Source: Balamuthia mandrillaris (Eukaryota). Taken from it: a stretch of DNA of 64,000 nucleotides. The stretch covers positions 62,001 through 126,000 of the forward strand of contig JAVKOQ020000033.1 in assembly GCA_031835245.2 (NCBI GenBank), written 5' to 3'. Positions 59,260-64,000 of the stretch are shown here, piece after piece; position 1 is the stretch's first letter, and every line of letters starts with the position of its first letter. Both the position numbers and the translations under genes were made by a program. The notes beneath the pieces were generated by a model. The model had not been told where the DNA came from. It searched no databases and saw only the letters and a program-made list of their open reading frames with translations.

Positions 59260-61297
59260 CTGTCTTCGCTTCTCTAACCTTCTTTTTTTGCGTTCTTCTT
59301 TCTGCTACTACCAGCCTCTCTTCAGCTTCAGGAAGTTATGGGCATTCACAGGACCCGGCTTTCTGATGAGCATCGCTTACTTGGATCCTGGCAACATCGA
59401 ATCTGACCTTCAGGCTGGTGCTGTAGCTGGCTACCAGCTCTTATGGGTCCTTTTCTGGGCCACTTGTATCGGTTTGTTGTTACAGCTCATCGCTGCACGG
59501 CTTGGTGTCGTTTCGGGTTCGTTCTCGCTCTCTCCCTCTGTTCCCACTCTCTTCCGCCTTCTTGATCTGTTATATCTATGTTCTTCCCTCTTTCTCACTT
59601 GCTTTTGTTGTGCAAAAAAGGCAAAAACTTGGCAGAGCTGTGTCGGGCGAAATATCCAACGCCAGCCAGCTATATTCTATGGTTGATGGCTGAGTTAGCC
59701 ATCATCGGAAGCGACATCCAAGAAGTGATAGGCAGCGCCATCGCTATCAACATCCTCTCCCAAAACACTATCCCTCTATATGGAGGTGTTCTCATCACTG
59801 CTGCTGACACGTTTACCTTCTTGTTCTTAGAGGGCTATGGTTGTCCTTATTCTCCTATTCTGTAATCTTTTTTCTTTCTTGTCGCTTTATGCTCATCTCT
59901 CTCTCTCTCTCTCTCTCTCTCCTCTCATTTAACTGTAATAGGAATAAGAAAACTGGAAGCTTTCTTTTGCTTCTTGATATCCGTGATGGCCATCACATTT
60001 GGAGTACAATACGTGATCAGCGCGCCCGACCAAGCCGAAGTGATAAAGGGAGTAGTGGTGCCTCGGCTTAGCCACGGTATTTATGTTCAGGCCGTAGGCA
60101 TGATTGGCGCAGTCATCATGCCTCACAATATTTATTTGCATTCTGCCCTCGTTCAAGTAAGCTTTCCATTTTTTTTTCTTTGTTCTTTGTTGTATTTTTG
60201 TTCTTATTTATGCTTTAACGATAGTCGCGAAAAGTGGACCGTCAAAACAAGGTGGAAGTGAAAGAAGCCAACAAATACTTTGCTATTGAATCCTCTGTTG
60301 CTCTGTTCGTCTCCTTCATCATAAACCTGTTTGTGGTATCCGTCTTTGCCCATGGCTTCCACGGAACCAGTTACGCGGACGACATTGGCCTCCATAACGC
60401 TGGCACTTATCTCAAAGATAAGTATGGCCATGCTGCCCTTTATATTTGGGCTATTGGTTTGTTGGCTGCTGGTACGTTTCTTTCTTGCTTCTCTCTCTCT
60501 CCCCCTCCCTCTCCCTCTCTCCCCCGTCCTTTTTTTTTTTCTAATGCTTTACAACACAACAGGTCAAAGTTCGACGATGACAGGAACGTATGCTGGTCAG
60601 TTTGTTATGGAAGGGTTCTGGAACCTTCAAATCAAGGTACATTCTTTTTTTTTTGGTGTTTCCTTCCTTCCAGTCTCTTCAAAATTCTATTCTTACATAC
60701 AAACCAAACCAAAACAAAAAGGCATGGAAACGAGTTCTCATTACTCGTTCCGTGGCGATCATCCCGGCCATCATCGTGGCCGTGGCCGCCCAAAGCCGCC
60801 TCGACACCCTCGACGAATGGCTCAACGTCCTCCAATCCATCCAACTCCCCTTCGCCCTCCTTCCCGTCCTCGAATTCTCCAACCAACGCAACATCATGGG
60901 CGATTTTCGCAACCGCCTCTTCGTTCGCCTGTTGCTCTGGCTGATCTCCGCAATGGTGGTCGGCGTGAACGTCTACCAGCTCTACGCCACCATCCTGCTG
61001 CTTCCCTCCGGGTCTAGCTGGTGGTGGCTTCACGCGATCGTCTACGCCGTGACGGTGCCTTACTTCCTCTTCATCCTCTATCTGGCGATCGGCATCGAGA
61101 ACTTTCGGCGGCTGTCGAGATGGGTGCGAGAGAAGCTTTGTTGTTGTTGTTGTAGAAGCAGAGGGGGAAGAAGGAGAAGAGCGTACTCGGCGATACGGGC
61201 GAGAGAGGAGGAGGCCGAAGCTTCGGAGGGTTTGGTGTCCGGCGGCAGCCAGAGATATGCTCTCTCCGATCCTGTCTATTCGCTTGTTAACGAGTAA
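58871..61297 (+). CDS. nramp1: NRAMP/SLC11 divalent metal transporter (multi-exon)
   Basis: [81 protein letters not shown] and [12 protein letters not shown]. Confidence 0.95.
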
Positions 61298-61644
61298 TAT
61301 AATAATTTATTATTTTTATTTTATTTTTTCTAAAAGAAGATTCTTTGAAGAAGGAACGCTTCTGGCCTATATCTGTCTGGCTGCAGTTGCTGTGAATCAG
61401 GAAGGACGGAAATTGCACTCGGCTGTGTATCATGGAAGGAGATGGGTTAAATGAATCGACCCTCCCAAAAGGACAAAAGAAGCGAGGCACCTCTCGTTAG
61501 AGGTTTCTTTCTTGGTGGTCCCTCTCGTTGTTTTCCTTCTTTCTGATCTTTTTGTTAAACTTTTGCTTTATCTCTTGTGTTTTTATTTATTTATTATTGG
61601 GTTTGGGAACTTTTGCGGTTGAAAGTTTCTCTCTTTGTACCGCG

Positions 61645-62984
61645 ATGGCCGATCAGAACATAAAGGACATTCCTTCCGTCCGCGAAGCTTTTGCGAACGC
61701 TTCCGATGGCTTAATCGTTGTTTGGTTTATTGCTGGTATTGGCCTCTTTGCTTGTCTTATCCATCTTTTATAAATTTCCTTGTTCTAATCGAAAGCACAA
61801 AGGCATAAGTTGCGTGATCACTGTGTGTCTATATTTATTCATGCTTCGGCAACACTTTGCCGCTCCCAAAAGTCGCACACGCACCCTCATTGTGTTGATA
61901 TATACCGTTCCTTTGGTTCGTTCTCTCTATTCTCTGTGTTCCTTATTCCTTCTCCTTTCTCTCTTCGCTTAGTTCTCTTCTAACATTTTTTTCTCTGTAG
62001 ATCTTTCAACTGTCGGGAGTGGCTGGTCTCTTCTTCTGGAAGGCATCCATTCTCTTTACCTTCATTCGTAGCTGGTATTATGTTCTTTCTTTTGCCGACC
62101 CTTCTTTTTCTTTCCACTCACAACTCTTCTCGGGTTTCTTGTCTTCTGTTGGCTTCTTGCCTCTCTCCTCCAAACCAAACAGTGCCGAAGGAATAGTAGT
62201 TGCAGCCTTCTTCAACTTGCTTCTGAGTCTATTGGGCGGAGCTAACAGAGTTCTCGCCAAGCTAACGCGAATCGACCCAGCTCGTCACTTGGCCTCTCCT
62301 CCTCTCGGCTGCTGTTGCTTCTGCTTCTGTCCAATTCTCGAGTTCAGCCCTGCATTGTTGCGCTTCACTCGCATCGGTTCCTTCCAATTCCTCGTCGTAA
62401 AGCCTTTGACGGGCTTCATCGTGTTGTGCCTTGTCGTTTTCTTCACCCTTAGGGACTTGAAGATAGATGCTGGCAAGCAAACCCTCTTTGTGCTGATCAA
62501 CGTGGTGGGAATCATCTCCTTGATGGTAGCCAAGTGGTGCCTCACCATCTTGTTCCGAGCCACGAGAACCCTGTTGCAAGAACACCGCTCTAAAATCAAG
62601 TTTGCTGTGGTCGTTCTCAGGTTTGTTTTTTTTTTTCCTTGGGTCTGGACCTAAAACACTTCATTCTAACGTGTAGTTCAAACATATAGTCTTATCCTCT
62701 GGGCCACGCAAGCTTTTCTACTGACTCTCGCAGACCGGTTCACAGACGCGCTTTACGTGGCCGATTTGTTTCCAGAGACAGCGCCTTTGCCTGCTCTTTG
62801 GGAGAACTTCTTGTTGGCGGTGGAGGTGCCGTTTGTGTTGATGGCATTCTTCTGGGCGTTCCCGGTGAAGGATTCTTGGGATGGACATCGTGTGAGCAAA
62901 CAAGAAGAAGGGGAGTTGAGCTTTGAGTATGATTCTATGGAAGGAGGACGCATGAAGGAACGAGAGGACACACCCCTCCTATAA
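61645..62984 (+). CDS. Organic solute transporter alpha/TMEM184-family membrane protein (multi-exon)
   Basis: Several TM helices, FFNLLLSLLGG, Cys-rich SPPLGCCCFCFCP, GSFQFLVVKP, KIKFAVV and WENFLLAVE. Confidence 0.75.
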
Positions 62985-63120
62985 AAGCATTGTTATGAAA
63001 ATACAAAGCCTCCCAGCAAAAAAACCCCTGACGAGACACAACCTCCGGAAACACGAGAGCCGCAAGTTTGCTTCACGTATTAGCTCCACTACTTAATGAA
63101 GATAGGAAATTTGACGGCGA

Positions 63121-63202
63121 GACACAGTGACCGAGTGGTTAAGGTGTTTGACTCGAAATCAAATGGGCTCTGCCCGCGCAGGTTCGAATCCTGCCTGTGT
63201 CG
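63121..63202 (+). tRNA. trnS-CGA: tRNA-Ser(CGA)
   Basis: Acceptor stem GACACAG/CTGTGTC, D-loop CCGAGTGGTTAAGG, anticodon arm TTTGA-CTCGAAA-TCAAA, long variable arm GGGC-TCT-GCCC and T arm GCAGG-TTCGAAT-CCTGC. Discriminator G and a downstream T-run. Confidence 0.97.
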
Positions 63203-63341
63203 ATATCTTTTTTATTCTATTTTTTTTGAAATTCAAAAGGAAGCCACAACCATGTGTTCCCTTCCACCTAAAAGAAAGAAAAACAGAAACCCCTTCCTTC
63301 CTCGGCGCCTGTCTTTATTCTATTTTTAAAAATGAGGGTGA

Positions 63342-64000
63342 CTACATTCGCGTGCCAGGTACAGATAGAGTGGACTGGAACAAATTCTGTTCTGGCATTA
63401 CGCTATCTCTTCGCGATGCTCCGTGTGCCAATCCTTTTTGAATGTATGAGAGAATTAGCCTCCACAAAGAAAAACACTCAGAGAAAGAAACAGCAAGATG
63501 AACAAACCAGCTCCCGGAAAGCCGGCTGTAAAATCATCCTCATTGCGTTGCATGGCAGTGAGCAGTCCTTTCAAAATTCCCTTCATGGCTTTCATCTTTT
63601 GGTTCATCTTCTCCATCTTTTGGTTGAGCTTCTTCTTGAAATCACCCTTCTCCTTTTTGTGCAGCTCTTCGATCGCCTGAGAGCGTTCTATTGGGAAGAA
63701 AGAGAGGATATCCTCTTCTTTCCCGGAGGAGAGCTTCTTGTAGATTTCTCTTTGGATGTGAGTGAAGCGAACGTGCGTTCCATGGGCCTTGTAGGAAAGC
63801 AGGCCTGCATCAATGAAATCGCTATCATTCACTAATTATAAATACAATATGATTTAGTGAATAAAACGTTAATAAAAAATGAAAAAAGAGGATAGGATAC
63901 CATCATAAAAGTTGCCAGTGTTTTTGGTGATTTTGTGTTGCTTTCGCCATCTCCACACTTTTTGTTTCTCCTTCTTCAACCGTTTTCTTTCTGTCTTTAT
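63342..64000 (-). CDS. 3' part of an unknown Lys-rich/coiled-coil protein gene entering from the right edge
   Basis: IKTERKRLKKEKQKVWRWRKQHKITKNTGNFYD|VNDSDFIDAGLLSYK...FPGA|GLAHGASRRD..., joined in frame by GT-AG introns at about 63900-63833 and 63508-63433. The last exon and stop are uncertain. Confidence 0.45.

Noticed and set aside
63833..63900. Intron with donor GTATCCTA
   Set aside because: The best branch candidate (TATTAAC) is a poor match and lies far from the AG. Left unresolved rather than called.

Overview
Gene-dense eukaryotic nuclear DNA with many short GT-AG introns filled with pyrimidine-rich microsatellites. Gene content and style suggest a free-living amoebozoan, possibly Acanthamoeba/Balamuthia-like; this is inference only. 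I read about 26 protein-coding genes by splicing exons by eye. They are a SAYSvFN protein, an 80-aa orphan, a UBC4/5 E2, an F-box protein, an MFS transporter, an Erf4-like protein, DUF547, a homeodomain protein, an EF-hand protein, pyroglutamyl peptidase I, CWC25, a Nudix hydrolase, an LRR/GBD/talin-F0-like RasGEF, a gelsolin/villin-like protein, a DH-PH-PB1 RhoGEF, a PMCA-type Ca2+ ATPase, GH113, PIG-C, a SAM methyltransferase, a nitrilase-family hydrolase, a GT-A glycosyltransferase, AHA1, NRAMP, an OST-alpha-like protein and two partial genes at the edges. There is one tRNA-Ser(CGA). I found no CRISPR array, rRNA or recognisable transposon. The best leads are: (1) a recurring pseudo-palindromic promoter element, TCRYG(T/A)CGACRYGA; (2) a U12-type minor intron in the Ca2+ ATPase; (3) a structured candidate ncRNA at about 32.16-32.36 kb; (4) an orphan Pol III B-box in a bidirectional promoter; (5) a homeodomain fused to a domain resembling bacterial SWIM-finger proteins; (6) a RasGEF with tandem talin-F0-like repeats; (7) a membrane F-box protein with both myristoylation and CaaX signals. 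Family assignments come from recalled motifs, not database searches. Most long poly-L/R/F/S ORFs in the supplied track are intron microsatellite artefacts.
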